64,000 bases of DNA from a bacterium (GCA_027002475.1 JALWZS010000030.1:54827-118826); one strand, 5' to 3'. Shown: positions 27,934-38,535, numbered from the stretch's first letter. Made by a program: numbers and translations. Notes: generated by a model not told the origin, from the letters alone.

Positions 27934-28887
27934 ATGCGCGCAAAAAAGAGAAACTATTACTACTTGAAAAAGAAAAAAGAAGCAATAAAGAGACTCCTAA
28001 CGTTAGTTTCGTTACTCTTTGTGTTGGTTGGTGTAGTCATAGTTATGTTTTTAATGCATTGGAACCCGTTTAAAGGGTTTAGTGCGTCTTGGTTGTCGTC
28101 AGTTGTAAAAGACGAGGCCCCTAAGGTAATCAATAGGGGCGAGTCGCTTATCAAGGAAGAATTATCTAAGTCGAGCGAAGGGGAAGATGAACAAAACTTT
28201 AAGGGGAGTGTTATCTTTCGCATTGGAATAATGTCAGATACACATGGTGCTACGGAAAATATAAAAGAAGCTTTAGCCCAAATGCAACTTGACGGCGTTG
28301 ATCTTGTTGTACACCTTGGGGATTTTACTGCTGGCGGAGATCTTAATCAGCTTAAAGAAGCATACGATGCGCTTGAAAGCAGTGGCATGCCGTATCGGGT
28401 TGTCCCTGGAGACCATGACTTTAATTGGATACCAGATCATTCCTATTCAAACTTCGAGAAGTATTTTGGTAGGGCAGGTAGTTCTGTTGTGGCTGATAAA
28501 AATGTGGTTGTCATAATGTATGAAAATGCGACCGACACAACAGAGGAGAGTATTGACTGGTTAAAAACTACTTTGTCTAAGTATTCTGACACATCTGCAC
28601 CAATATTATTTTTTAGTGCCAAGCCTTTGTATAGCCCCTATTTTAAGGCAAAAGAAGATGCTCGTGGCGCTGATGTTGTTTCATTGCTAATTGACAAGGG
28701 GGTTATGTATGCGTTTGCTGGTGATACTCATGTATACGCACAATACAAGGATTTAAGTGGGAGGTTAAATATGGTAACAGTTGGTGCCTTGGGGGAGTAT
28801 AAAAATCCACTACCCCAATGGGTTTTAGTTAATATTTACAGTAGTGGAGATATTGAGGTAAAGCCCAAGCCACTTGTTGATTTTTAA
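27934..28887 (+). CDS. Calcineurin-like metallophosphoesterase, membrane-anchored
   Basis: IGIMSDTHG, VHLGDF, VPGDHDF. Confidence 0.8.
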   Translation: MRAKKRNYYYLKKKKEAIKRLLTLVSLLFVLVGVVIVMFLMHWNPFKGFSASWLSSVVKDEAPKVINRGESLIKEELSKSSEGEDEQNFKGSVIFRIGIMSDTHGATENIKEALAQMQLDGVDLVVHLGDFTAGGDLNQLKEAYDALESSGMPYRVVPGDHDFNWIPDHSYSNFEKYFGRAGSSVVADKNVVVIMYENATDTTEESIDWLKTTLSKYSDTSAPILFFSAKPLYSPYFKAKEDARGADVVSLLIDKGVMYAFAGDTHVYAQYKDLSGRLNMVTVGALGEYKNPLPQWVLVNIYSSGDIEVKPKPLVDF

Positions 28888-28927
28888 GTATTGTTCTTTT
28901 TTGAAATTCGGGTTAGAATCTCATTTA

Positions 28928-29509
28928 ATGATTGAAAAGACAGTAGTTCTAGTTAAGCCAGATGGAGTTCAACGTGCCCTTGTTGGGAAGATTATTTCAA
29001 GGTTTGAAGATGTTGGGTTGAAGCTTGTTGCGTTAAAGATGGTTTGGGTTGATAAAGATCATGTCGCTAAACACTATACCGATGAAAAAGGTTACCTTAC
29101 AAGCGTTGGTGAAAAGACACTAAATACATATGAAAAATATGGAAAAGATCCTAACGAGGAGTTAGGAACCGATGATCCATACGAGATTGGGAAGATGGTT
29201 AGGAATTGGAATATTGAATTTTTAAGTTCGGGCCCGGTTGTTGCTATGATTTGGGAGGGGGTTCATGCTGTTGCTACGGTAAGAAAGATTGTCGGTGGAA
29301 CCTTGCCATTTGCTGCAGAGCCAGGAACGATTAGAGGTTCTTTCTCTATAGATTCACCGGTTTTGGCAAACGATAAAAAGAGAACTGTTCGTAACTTAGT
29401 ACACGCTTCTGGGAATACTGAAGAGGCTGAGTTTGAAGTGAAACTGTGGTTTCACGATGATGAAATTTACTCTTACAAACGTGCCGATGAGGCAATAATG
29501 TTTGAGTAG
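28928..29509 (+). CDS. ndk: Nucleoside diphosphate kinase with a ~45-aa insertion
   Basis: MIEKTVVLVKPDGVQRALVGKIISRFEDVGLKLVALK. NLVHASG (NIIHGSD equivalent). Confidence 0.85.
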   Translation: MIEKTVVLVKPDGVQRALVGKIISRFEDVGLKLVALKMVWVDKDHVAKHYTDEKGYLTSVGEKTLNTYEKYGKDPNEELGTDDPYEIGKMVRNWNIEFLSSGPVVAMIWEGVHAVATVRKIVGGTLPFAAEPGTIRGSFSIDSPVLANDKKRTVRNLVHASGNTEEAEFEVKLWFHDDEIYSYKRADEAIMFE

Positions 29510-29622
29510 TTTCTCGTAAGACCTCACTGGACTTTGCCCACTGTATACTTGCCAGTAATGTTCTTGTGTTCTAATAAATATTAGCTTGCAGTTTGTTGTT
29601 TATGGTGTTTGTGTCTTGGAAC

Positions 29623-29699
29623 TGGTACCCCTGGGAGGACTCGAACCTCCAACCTTCTCCTTAGGACGGAGCTGCTCTATCCAATTGAGCTACAGAGGC
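29623..29699 (-). tRNA. tRNA-Arg (anticodon CCT), CCA encoded. Has an unusual G32 and a 27:43 G·A mismatch.
   Basis: Reverse complement folds as GCCTCTG/CAGGGGT acceptor, GCTC/GAGC D-stem, GGAGG-TTCGAGT-CCTCC T-arm and anticodon loop GTCCTAA. Confidence 0.75.
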
Positions 29700-29719
29700 T
29701 TGTGGGTTTAACCTTGATA

Positions 29720-30379
29720 TTATACCAGCTTTGTCTTATGTCCTTGTGTAAATAAGACTGTTTCTCCTACAAGTACTAAGTGCTTGTCTTTTATAATGAT
29801 CCCGGAGCCTTCGGGAGATGCAAGAATTGGGTTGTTAGTTGTTTTACTGTATTCTTGTAATTCTCGATCGAGCTCTTCAATCCCTACGTAGTGGGGCGAG
29901 AATTCAAAATGTGTCAGATTCAGTCCTGATAAGTCTTTAAGATTAACGAAGTTATCATCACAATCAAAACTTGGGATTGAGGCCATTGCAATGTTGGGTG
30001 TCATGATAATACTTCCTGCACTCATACCAGCGAGAATCCCACCTTGTTGCACGAACTCTTTGAGTGGTTCCATTAGACCTTTCTCTTTTAGGACTTTGAG
30101 GAAATAGAAGGTGTTACCTCCTGATAAAAATATTGCACTGCTTTGTAAGAGTGTGTTTAGTTGCTTGGCTGAAAACTCTTTATCTGCGAAGAATGTAGTG
30201 ATGTTATTAATTCCAAGTCTTTTAAATGGGTCTTGAAATGCTGTAAAAAACGGTTCATAACCGTTAGAACTTGATGGAATAAATGTAATAGCAGGATTAC
30301 TAGGGAGCATGTTAACAAACGCCTCATTAAGTTCCTCGTTATCTTCAAAGCTTCCGCCACTGTATAGTACTAGCTTCAT
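29720..30379 (-). CDS. Peptidase S51 (dipeptidase E / cyanophycinase-like)
   Basis: FLSGGNTFYFLKVL...GGILAGMSAGSII. The S51 nucleophile lies in an SAG context. Confidence 0.7.
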   Translation of the reverse strand: MKLVLYSGGSFEDNEELNEAFVNMLPSNPAITFIPSSSNGYEPFFTAFQDPFKRLGINNITTFFADKEFSAKQLNTLLQSSAIFLSGGNTFYFLKVLKEKGLMEPLKEFVQQGGILAGMSAGSIIMTPNIAMASIPSFDCDDNFVNLKDLSGLNLTHFEFSPHYVGIEELDRELQEYSKTTNNPILASPEGSGIIIKDKHLVLVGETVLFTQGHKTKLV

Positions 30380-30533
30380 GCGCAAAGTATATGTGTCTTT
30401 ACTTTGATACGCAACCGGTTGCGATATGTGGCGGCGCATTTAGGGAGTAAGTGCTATTTAATGAGTTTGTTTTAGCAGCCAACCTTTAGGTAGTTGGAAA
30501 GATTTGTATCGTTTGCGGTTTGTTGTTTGACAG

Positions 30534-30610
30534 TGGTCGGGGTGGCCGGACTTGAACCGGCGGCCTCTACGTCCCGAACGTAGCGCGCTAGCCATCTGCG
30601 CCACACCCCG
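30534..30610 (-). tRNA. tRNA-Pro (anticodon CGG), CCA encoded
   Basis: C1:G72, anticodon loop TTCGGGA, T-arm GCCGG-TTCAAGT-CCGGC. Confidence 0.9.
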
Positions 30611-30683
30611 ATAAAACAATATCAAGTGTGGCCATAAAGTACGAACTCTTAAATGTTCGTTACTCCTGCGCCACACCCCGTCT

Positions 30684-30992
30684 TTGTGGATTATATCTCA
30701 AACCAACTTCATGCAGTATACTAGTATTGTGAGTAAAACCTTAACGAATAATCAGGCGCTCATAAACGCGATAGGGTGGTACGGGGTTCTTGCTATACTG
30801 CTTGCGTATGTACTTTCAAACCTTGAAACAATATCCATAAATTCCTTGGTGTACTTAGGGCTGAATTTTACAGGAAGTATCGCAATTGTATTAGAAGCAT
30901 TTACTAAAAAAGACCGACCAGTAATCGTGCTTAATACGATTTGGGCACTGATTGCAGTTTGGGGAATTATCAGATTTTTTGTAGCATCATGA
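30684..30992 (+). CDS. Small hypothetical membrane protein (2-3 TM)
   Basis: Hydrophobic helices only. Confidence 0.4.
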   Translation: MWIISQTNFMQYTSIVSKTLTNNQALINAIGWYGVLAILLAYVLSNLETISINSLVYLGLNFTGSIAIVLEAFTKKDRPVIVLNTIWALIAVWGIIRFFVAS

Positions 30993-31540
30993 AGAGCAAG
31001 CAAGGTAATAGCGTGAATCTACCGAGTGGAGTTGAGCTTGAGCCTAACGAGTCGTTGATAATGATGGTAAGGCAGCATTGGTTTGTCTTCAGGGACTCTG
31101 TTTTGTTAATGACATTTGTTCCGTTTGTCTTGCTGTCTGCAGTATTCTTCCTTGAATATACATCTTGGCCAAGTGGTTTAGTAAATATTTTGAGAATGCT
31201 CTCACTGTACGCTGCTGGTATTAGTATGATTATTGGGACGTTTTTGTTCTTATGGCGTTACTTTTTATGGAAACGAACTGTGTACTTATTAACAGATAAG
31301 CGAATTATTATTGTTCGACAGTTGGGGTTATTTACGCATGATGATAGAGAAACGGGTTTAGCTATGATCCAAGATGTTCGTTCAAGGGTTGGTGGTTTGC
31401 AGGCGACGCTTTATGGGTACGGAGATGTGATTATTCAAGTATCAAGCCAGGATGCGCAGTTAATACTTGAAAAAGTAGGGCACCCAAGAGAAGTTCAACG
31501 GGCAATAATAAAGGAAGCGCACCTAAAACCTAAGAGTTAA
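30989..31540 (+). CDS. Membrane protein with a bacterial PH (bPH_2/YdbT-like) domain
   Basis: Two TM helices followed by YLLTDKRIIIVRQLGLF...IQDV. Confidence 0.6.
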   Translation: MKSKQGNSVNLPSGVELEPNESLIMMVRQHWFVFRDSVLLMTFVPFVLLSAVFFLEYTSWPSGLVNILRMLSLYAAGISMIIGTFLFLWRYFLWKRTVYLLTDKRIIIVRQLGLFTHDDRETGLAMIQDVRSRVGGLQATLYGYGDVIIQVSSQDAQLILEKVGHPREVQRAIIKEAHLKPKS

Positions 31541-32722
31541 CTAACGTAGGTTGATGGAATATAGGTTGTAGTTATCTGAATCTAGGTTAAACCTTGTTAA
31601 TGCAATAATTTTTGAGCCATTAAGGTTAGGGTAAACTTGCAAATCTTTAATAGAGCCTGTGAAAATATGTGTCCTGTTGGTGCCTGTTATTTCGATAATC
31701 TCAATTTTTGTGGTGTTTGCAGATATGTCTGTGACAATAATTAGGTGCTTGCTGTCTGGGAACCACTCTAGCTTGTGGCGTAGTTGTTTATCCACCGATA
31801 CGATTGGCTTTTCGCCAAGAGTGCTAGGTGTAGGTGAGAGTGCGTTTACTGTAGGGTTCGTACGTACGACGGGCTTAATAAAATACTCATCTTGCTCATT
31901 AGAAGTTTCTTTATATAAAACGTATGTCTTGTCAGGTGACCAGCTCACAACATCAAGTTTTTTAAGCTCTTTTATAAAGTCTGGGGAAAGTGTAGCAAAC
32001 TCTTCTGCTTCTTCTTTTTGCTTAATCTTTTCCCACTTTTCTTGAAGCGTATTAATAGACGTTACGCTAGTTAACTCGCGAGAGCTGAACTCAAACAAGT
32101 AGTACTTTTTTGAAGAGGCTTCGCTATTACCATTTGTGTCTGTATCTATTGTAAGGAGGAGTTCTGAGCTGTCAGGGGACCAAGAAATATCGGCTTGTGA
32201 GTATGCAACTGTACCGTCCTTAATTAACAATTGTGGATCTTGGGATCTATTGAATGGCTTTTCTTCTAAATCGATAAGCCAAATCCCGTTGGTCTCACCG
32301 GCGCTGACGCTATACACTATTTTTTGCCCATTAGGTGAGAGTTTAGGGTTAGATACCCCAGTATAGGTTAAGGGCTGAAGGGTAGGGAACTTAGGGATTA
32401 GGAGGGCATCGATTTCGGTTACAAGTTCTTTTCTTACTATTACCTCATTCGACCAGCTGTTAAATCCTTCTTTTTCTAGAACGACCTTGTATGTTCCAGG
32501 CTTAAGACCGGTGATAGATGTATTTGTTGCATCTTGGGGAACGTCGTTAATATATACAAGAGCGCCATCAGGGGTAGAAGAAATAGATATTATCCCTGTG
32601 CCTTGTATTGTGTTGGTCTTTGGGTCATACCTAAAGCCGCTTGCAAAAAAGATTACAGCTATCGTTGCAAGCGTTATAAGTAGTCCTGTAACTATGGAGT
32701 AGAGGAAATATCGTTTACTCAT
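31541..32722 (-). CDS. Membrane-anchored PEGA-domain protein with a TolB-like beta-propeller
   Basis: N-terminal TM. PEGA signature GALVYINDVPQDATNT...YKVVLEKEGFNSWS. Repeated SPDG/SWSPD propeller blades. Confidence 0.65.
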   Translation of the reverse strand: MSKRYFLYSIVTGLLITLATIAVIFFASGFRYDPKTNTIQGTGIISISSTPDGALVYINDVPQDATNTSITGLKPGTYKVVLEKEGFNSWSNEVIVRKELVTEIDALLIPKFPTLQPLTYTGVSNPKLSPNGQKIVYSVSAGETNGIWLIDLEEKPFNRSQDPQLLIKDGTVAYSQADISWSPDSSELLLTIDTDTNGNSEASSKKYYLFEFSSRELTSVTSINTLQEKWEKIKQKEEAEEFATLSPDFIKELKKLDVVSWSPDKTYVLYKETSNEQDEYFIKPVVRTNPTVNALSPTPSTLGEKPIVSVDKQLRHKLEWFPDSKHLIIVTDISANTTKIEIIEITGTNRTHIFTGSIKDLQVYPNLNGSKIIALTRFNLDSDNYNLYSINLR

Positions 32723-32788
32723 CGTTGGGTATATAATACCTCATTACTGCAACCAATAGGTGCCCTCTTTACGTGTTACAATTGCTTC

Positions 32789-33799
32789 ATGTTCAACATG
32801 GTAAAACGTATTGGGATAGATCTTGGTACTGCGAACTCACTGGTTTATGTTGAAGGAAAGGGTGTGGTGCTAAATCAACCTACCGTGGTTGCTGTTTCTG
32901 AGGACGATGGTAAAGTGATTGCGATTGGGCAAGAAGCTAAGGATATGCTTGGGAGAACTCCTATGAATATAGTGGCTCGTAGGCCCATGCAAGATGGTGT
33001 GGTTGCGGACTACACCGTAACAGAGGCTATGATTAGGTTTTTCCTCGACAAGATTATGGGCAGTGTACGGTTGTTAAAGCCGGAAGTTATGGTATCTGCT
33101 CCTGCGGGGGTAACTAGCGTAGAGAGGCGCGCGGTGCTAGATGCAACTCTTTCTGCAGGTGCTAGAACCGCTTATCTTATTGATGAAAGCTTGGCTGCAG
33201 CCATAGGCGCAGGGATTCCCATTGCTGAACCCTCTGGGCACATGATTGTAGATATGGGTGGTGGCACGACTGAGGTTGCTGTTATTAGTTTGGGGGGGAT
33301 TGTGGTTCATGAAACCGCTCGCGTTGGTGGCAATAAGCTAGACGAAGCCATTGCTAACTATATACGCAAAAAGCACGACCTTGTTATAGGTGAACGGATG
33401 GCTGAAAAGATAAAAATAGAAATAGGTTCGGCGATACCTCTGGATGAGATTAAGACTATGGAGGTTAAGGGGCGAGACGCAATTGCTGGATTACCAAAGA
33501 CGGTGGTTGTAAGCTCGAGTGAGGTTACAGAGGCAATGCAGCGGCACTTAGAAGCGATGCTGTCAACAATAAAAAGTGTTTTAGAAAAAACACCGCCAGA
33601 ATTGGCAAGCGATATTGCTGATAAGGGTATGGTTATATCCGGTGGTACGGCACTTCTTAATAATATGCCTGCGTTTCTTGCACAGGGAATTGGTGTTCCC
33701 GCACATGTTGCTGAGGATCCACTGCTTTGTGTTGTCCGTGGTACTGGGATCGCAATCGAGAACCTAGATCGATTTATGCGAAATATTAAGAGTAAATAG
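32789..33799 (+). CDS. mreB: MreB/Mbl actin-like rod-shape protein (paralogue 1)
   Basis: IGIDLGTANSLVYV...DMGGGTTEVAVISLGG. Confidence 0.9.
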   Translation: MFNMVKRIGIDLGTANSLVYVEGKGVVLNQPTVVAVSEDDGKVIAIGQEAKDMLGRTPMNIVARRPMQDGVVADYTVTEAMIRFFLDKIMGSVRLLKPEVMVSAPAGVTSVERRAVLDATLSAGARTAYLIDESLAAAIGAGIPIAEPSGHMIVDMGGGTTEVAVISLGGIVVHETARVGGNKLDEAIANYIRKKHDLVIGERMAEKIKIEIGSAIPLDEIKTMEVKGRDAIAGLPKTVVVSSSEVTEAMQRHLEAMLSTIKSVLEKTPPELASDIADKGMVISGGTALLNNMPAFLAQGIGVPAHVAEDPLLCVVRGTGIAIENLDRFMRNIKSK

Positions 33800-33801
33800 T
33801 A

Positions 33802-34911
33802 ATGGTTATCGGCATAGACGCTAGCCGTGCTGTCAGCATCAAGCGCAGCGGTACGGAAAACTACTCCTATCAAATATTGCTGGCACTTGCCAGGTGCGCC
33901 CGACAGGGCGAATTGCTAGCTTACATATCTGGGAATGGATTGGTTTTAAATAATGTAAGAACGCAGAGGATTCCTAATAAGAGGCTGTGGACGCAATTGG
34001 GACTTATGAAGCAAACTTGGAAAGATCCGCTAGATGTTTTATTTATTCCCGCACATGTAATACCTTTTCTTAAAAAGCCAACACTTCCAACTGTGGTGAC
34101 GGTTCATGATCTACGTACTGAGTTTATTCCAAAGCACTCAAGCTGGTTGCAGCGTTTTTACCTAAATCGCCTACATGAAAAGTTGCGCGCTCACCTAGCT
34201 ACCAAGATTATTGCGGTGTCAGAATCGACAAAAAAGGATTTAGTGAAAAGGCTTCATGTGCCGGAAAGTAAAATACAGGTAATCTACGAAGGTGTGGATA
34301 CTCAATTTTTCAATGTAAATAAGCTGAACGATAAAAGAATATTTGAAGATACACTTAAGAAGTATGGGTTGGAAAAGGAAGGATATTTACTTTTTGTTGG
34401 AACTATACAACCTCGCAAAAATCTAACTAGGTTGATGGAAGCTTACTCTAAATTTATAAAAGACAACCCTGATATAAAACTAGCTATTGCCGGGCAAGCA
34501 GGATGGATGTCTAAAGAGATCTACGAAAGACCTAAAGAGTTGGGGATAGAGAGAAACGTTATGTTTTTAGGTTATGTAGAACTGGAGGATCTACCATTTT
34601 TATACGCTGGAGCAAGGGCGACTGTTTATCCAAGCCTTTATGAAGGTTTTGGGTTGCCAATATTAGAATCTCTGGCTATGCGAACTCCTGTATTAACATC
34701 AAACTTGGCTAGCATGCCTGAAGTAGGAGGAGATTTAGCCGTTTATGTTGATCCGTATAATGTTGACAGTATTGTTGATGGGTTGCATGAGGTAGTGTCG
34801 ACTTCTCTTGATGAGAGCAAGGTACGTAAACATCTTGAACAGTTCTCGTGGGATAAGGCAGGGCTTGAGACCTATCAGCTTTTGGCAAAGACCGCTAATG
34901 AGGGCAAGTAA
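33802..34911 (+). CDS. GT4 (group 1) glycosyltransferase
   Basis: GT-B C-terminal domain, EGFGLPILESLAMRTPVLTS motif. Confidence 0.85.
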   Translation: MVIGIDASRAVSIKRSGTENYSYQILLALARCARQGELLAYISGNGLVLNNVRTQRIPNKRLWTQLGLMKQTWKDPLDVLFIPAHVIPFLKKPTLPTVVTVHDLRTEFIPKHSSWLQRFYLNRLHEKLRAHLATKIIAVSESTKKDLVKRLHVPESKIQVIYEGVDTQFFNVNKLNDKRIFEDTLKKYGLEKEGYLLFVGTIQPRKNLTRLMEAYSKFIKDNPDIKLAIAGQAGWMSKEIYERPKELGIERNVMFLGYVELEDLPFLYAGARATVYPSLYEGFGLPILESLAMRTPVLTSNLASMPEVGGDLAVYVDPYNVDSIVDGLHEVVSTSLDESKVRKHLEQFSWDKAGLETYQLLAKTANEGK

Positions 34912-35782
34912 AACGACCGAACAAGTAAATATCGCTGGTGTGCGTGTAAACAGCCTAACGCTTAATGAGGCAGTGACTTATGTAATGGGGTTGGCAAAGG
35001 AGCGCAATTTCTGCTCACATGTCGTTACTCCAAACCCTGAAATAATTCTAGAAGCCAGCAAGCGAAAGGACTTTTTAGATGTGTTGAATAATGCAGATTT
35101 ATCACTGCCTGATGGTATTGGAGTCTTAATAGCGGCAGAGGTATTAAATGAGAGTATTCCCAATATTCCTGTTGTTCGTGGTCTATTTATTTTATATGCT
35201 TGGATTAAATCTATCTTGCGAGTAATTATTAGAAAAAGCCCAACTGTTTTAAAGGAAAGAGTTAGCGGAGTTGATGTAGTTTATGACTTATTTAACGCAA
35301 GTGGACCTTTGTCGGTATTTCTGATCGGTTGGCTAGACGAGAAGGTTCTCGAAAAAGCAGTTAAATCGATAGAAAAAAACTGGGTTAACGTGAATGTTGT
35401 GGGTTATGACTGGGGAGGCAAAATTGATGTTAACGGAGTGGGCGAAAAAGACGATGTTCTTATTAGGAAAATTAACACCGTTACTCCAGATGTATTGTTG
35501 GTTGGTGTAGGGGCACCCAAGCAAGACTTATGGATAAGTAAAAACCTTAAGGATCTTAAGGCTGGCGTAGCTATTGGCGTTGGTGGGACTATTGATTTTA
35601 TAGCTGGTGAACAAAAACGTGCGCCTGTTAGTGTAAGAAGGGTAGGGCTCGAATGGTTCTGGCGTTTAGTTCTTCAACCGTTTAGAATTAAACGCATAAT
35701 AAATGCGATAGTGCTATTTCCTTTTTATGTTAGCTTATATAAGCTGCGTATGGTAAAATCTACCCATGGCGCCAAATACTAG
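34898..35782 (+). CDS. GT26 WecB/TagA/CpsF-family glycosyltransferase
   Basis: INIAGVRVNSLTLNEA start and LSLPDGIGV motif. The 5' extension in the track overlaps the upstream gene. Confidence 0.75.
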   Translation: MRASKTTEQVNIAGVRVNSLTLNEAVTYVMGLAKERNFCSHVVTPNPEIILEASKRKDFLDVLNNADLSLPDGIGVLIAAEVLNESIPNIPVVRGLFILYAWIKSILRVIIRKSPTVLKERVSGVDVVYDLFNASGPLSVFLIGWLDEKVLEKAVKSIEKNWVNVNVVGYDWGGKIDVNGVGEKDDVLIRKINTVTPDVLLVGVGAPKQDLWISKNLKDLKAGVAIGVGGTIDFIAGEQKRAPVSVRRVGLEWFWRLVLQPFRIKRIINAIVLFPFYVSLYKLRMVKSTHGAKY

Positions 35783-37358
35783 CGCTTCTATTCTAGATAA
35801 AGTTGAGGACCTACTTCTTGCGAAGCCGAAGGTTCGAGTAACAGAAAAAGATGCGAAGCGAGTTCTTTTAATTTCCCCTGAAGTGGCTCCATACGCGACT
35901 GTTGGTGGTCTGTCCATGGTTTTGCCTGCTCTGGCTAAAGCTTTATACGATTTGGGGCATGATGTTCGCATATTTATGCCTAAGTTCGGTTTTATTAAGG
36001 AAGAAAAGTATCCTTTAGAAATGGTTTTTGAAGGGCTAAAAGTTCCAACGGATAGTGAAAGTAAACCCTTTTTGATATGTAACGTAAAAAAGCATACCCC
36101 TAAGGGGCGTCCACAGGTTTATATGTTAGAAAACCGTGAATACTACGAACTTCGTGAGAATGTGTATGGATACAAAGATGACGCGATCCGTTGGAATCTC
36201 CTTAGCAGGGGGGCATTAGAGTTTTTGTTGCAATCAGAGGATTGGATACCTGACGTTATTCATGCAAACGATTGGCCTACAGGTGCGGTAGTTAACTATC
36301 TAAAAACTAAGTATAAAGACACAAAACTAGCTTCTGTTGCTACGGTATATACAATCCATAACTTGATGTATCAAGGGATGTTTGATCACAAAATGGTAAG
36401 CGATTTAGACTATGATGACGGTAAGAGTGAGATAGCTGGTTTCTTTAATGAAAGAATATTTACACAAAATTTTATGAGGCGAGGGATTTTATATGCTGAT
36501 GTTGTATCTACAGTTAGCCCTAATTACGCTAAAGAGATACAAAAGCCAAGGTTCGGTGAAGGGCTAGATAGATTGCTAACCGAGGTTAGGGCAAAAGTTT
36601 CAGGTGTTCTTGATGGCATAGATTACGAAGTTATGAATCCTGCTACGGATAAATTAATTCCCTACAACTACGACATTTATAGCTTGGATAAAAAAGAGCT
36701 AAACAAATTGAGTTTACAAGAAGAATTTGATTTAACAAAGGATAAGAACATCCCACTATTTGGGTATGTTGGAAGGATCGACGACCAGAAGGGGCTAGAT
36801 ATACTAATGGATGTCATTCCTCCTTTGCTTCGTGATTTTAATGTACAGTTTGTATTTGTTGGTGGAGTTGCTGGTGGAGGAAACAGTAGCTTGGCACACA
36901 GAATCAAAGAGTTGCAGGAACAATATCCTGATAAAATCGGTGCTCATTTATTGATAGATTTTGAGTTAAGCCATCTGATCTTTGCTGGTTCTGATGTAGT
37001 TGTTGTACCAAGTCGTTTTGAACCTTGTGGTTTGGTTCCTATGGAGGCGATGCGTTATGGTGCGATTCCTTTGGTTCATGCAGTAGGCGGCATGGTAGAC
37101 AGTGTTAAACCATATGATCCGGAACTTAATGAAGGCTTTGGGTTTATGTTTAGAAATTACGATCCATATAGTTTGTTTGCTCAGATAATTAGAGCGCTAG
37201 AGGTTTATCGCAACAAACCGGTTTGGGAACAGTTAATAAAGCGTGCAATGAAGCAAGATAACTCATGGACCAATAGGGCATTGGAGTATGTACGTTTGTA
37301 TGATAAAGCAATCCAAAAGGCTAGACGTGGGATTGGTCCTAAGGGCAAATTTTTGTAA
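35766..37358 (+). CDS. glgA: Glycogen/starch synthase-like GT5 (GlgA family) with a C-terminal extension
   Basis: EVAPYATVGGLSMVLPALAKAL (KxGGL motif). GT-B C-domain with EPCGLVPMEAMRYG. Confidence 0.8.
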   Translation: MAPNTSASILDKVEDLLLAKPKVRVTEKDAKRVLLISPEVAPYATVGGLSMVLPALAKALYDLGHDVRIFMPKFGFIKEEKYPLEMVFEGLKVPTDSESKPFLICNVKKHTPKGRPQVYMLENREYYELRENVYGYKDDAIRWNLLSRGALEFLLQSEDWIPDVIHANDWPTGAVVNYLKTKYKDTKLASVATVYTIHNLMYQGMFDHKMVSDLDYDDGKSEIAGFFNERIFTQNFMRRGILYADVVSTVSPNYAKEIQKPRFGEGLDRLLTEVRAKVSGVLDGIDYEVMNPATDKLIPYNYDIYSLDKKELNKLSLQEEFDLTKDKNIPLFGYVGRIDDQKGLDILMDVIPPLLRDFNVQFVFVGGVAGGGNSSLAHRIKELQEQYPDKIGAHLLIDFELSHLIFAGSDVVVVPSRFEPCGLVPMEAMRYGAIPLVHAVGGMVDSVKPYDPELNEGFGFMFRNYDPYSLFAQIIRALEVYRNKPVWEQLIKRAMKQDNSWTNRALEYVRLYDKAIQKARRGIGPKGKFL

Positions 37359-37371
37359 ATAGCCATACATT

Positions 37372-38535
37372 ATGAAACTTGCGTTACTGCTACATGCTTA
37401 TCAGCCGCCAACGCAATTCCCAGAGGTTCTAAGAAAAATAGCAAAGGAAACATATTTACCCTTACTTGAAACACTGCAGCAAGTTAATACTGGAAAAGTA
37501 ACGATGAATCTAGCAGGTTCACTTGTTGAGCAGTTAAGGGTACAGGGGTTGGGTTATATCGTAGATGGCTATGTAGATTTATCGACAAAAGGAGTTATAG
37601 AATTAGTTGGTACTGCAGCATACCACGCCTTATTACCAAAACTTCCAACAAGCGAGATAGAACGTCAGGACAGTGTTAACCGACTAATAAATTCTGATCT
37701 TTTCGCTGCTCGCAACCCGAAAGGTTTTTTTATTCCTGAGATGTGGAATAATTTGCAAGTTTTATCGTCAATAAGTGACTTGGGTTATAAGTGGACTGTA
37801 CTTTCTGAATCTGCCTTCCCTGGCGCTGGGATTGTGGAACAAGGGCAGCATGCTTCGCTAGGCACTAATAAAAAACTGTATGTATTAAAGGACAAAGAAC
37901 TGGTGCTCTTTTTTAGAGATCGACCGTTATCTCTTATGTTAGCGTTTGACCACACGTTAACCTACAAGAAAGCTTTGCGCGCAATTAAGGAACATATAGA
38001 CTATTCTGGAGATGAGTATGTAATTTTGGCGGTTGATGCTGAGACCTTTGGACATCACATAAAAGGAAACCTTTCATTACTACGAGAACTTTTGGACTCA
38101 GACGAGTTGGAGTTTGTTGGAATCTCTGATTTACTAACGCTTCCTTTGGAAAAACATGAGGTAGCACCGGTAGAGGCAACGTGGGGGGCCATGGAGCAAG
38201 AGAATGGGGAAAGGGTGTTTGTTCGCTGGGATAATAAGGATAATCCAATACATGCGTTGCAATGGGAACTCTTTAACTTAGCACTTTCGGTTGGTGTTCA
38301 TGAGTCTGTTAGCCCTGACATTTTGGACAAAGCATTGCACTCGGACCAATTTTGGTGGGCGAGTATGGCACCTTGCTGGCACGCACAGATGATTATAAGA
38401 GGAGCAGACATGCTATATCAGTCAGTTGCTGCGAATGCTGAAGATAATGACGATGTCCAAAAAGCTAAGGGCTTATACGATAGTCTAGTACGACGAGTTA
38501 ATGAAAATGGTGCTGGTGAAGTAAGGATATGTTAA
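37372..38535 (+). CDS. GH57-family alpha-glucan-active enzyme (amylase/branching-enzyme-like)
   Basis: N-terminal LHAYQPPTQ and catalytic-region pattern typical of GH57. Confidence 0.7.
   Translation: MKLALLLHAYQPPTQFPEVLRKIAKETYLPLLETLQQVNTGKVTMNLAGSLVEQLRVQGLGYIVDGYVDLSTKGVIELVGTAAYHALLPKLPTSEIERQDSVNRLINSDLFAARNPKGFFIPEMWNNLQVLSSISDLGYKWTVLSESAFPGAGIVEQGQHASLGTNKKLYVLKDKELVLFFRDRPLSLMLAFDHTLTYKKALRAIKEHIDYSGDEYVILAVDAETFGHHIKGNLSLLRELLDSDELEFVGISDLLTLPLEKHEVAPVEATWGAMEQENGERVFVRWDNKDNPIHALQWELFNLALSVGVHESVSPDILDKALHSDQFWWASMAPCWHAQMIIRGADMLYQSVAANAEDNDDVQKAKGLYDSLVRRVNENGAGEVRIC

Noticed and set aside
30611-30680. Second tRNA or pseudo-tRNA upstream of tRNA-Pro
   Set aside because: Only the first 15 nt of the tRNA are duplicated and no cloverleaf can be formed. 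Kept only as a possible integration or duplication scar.
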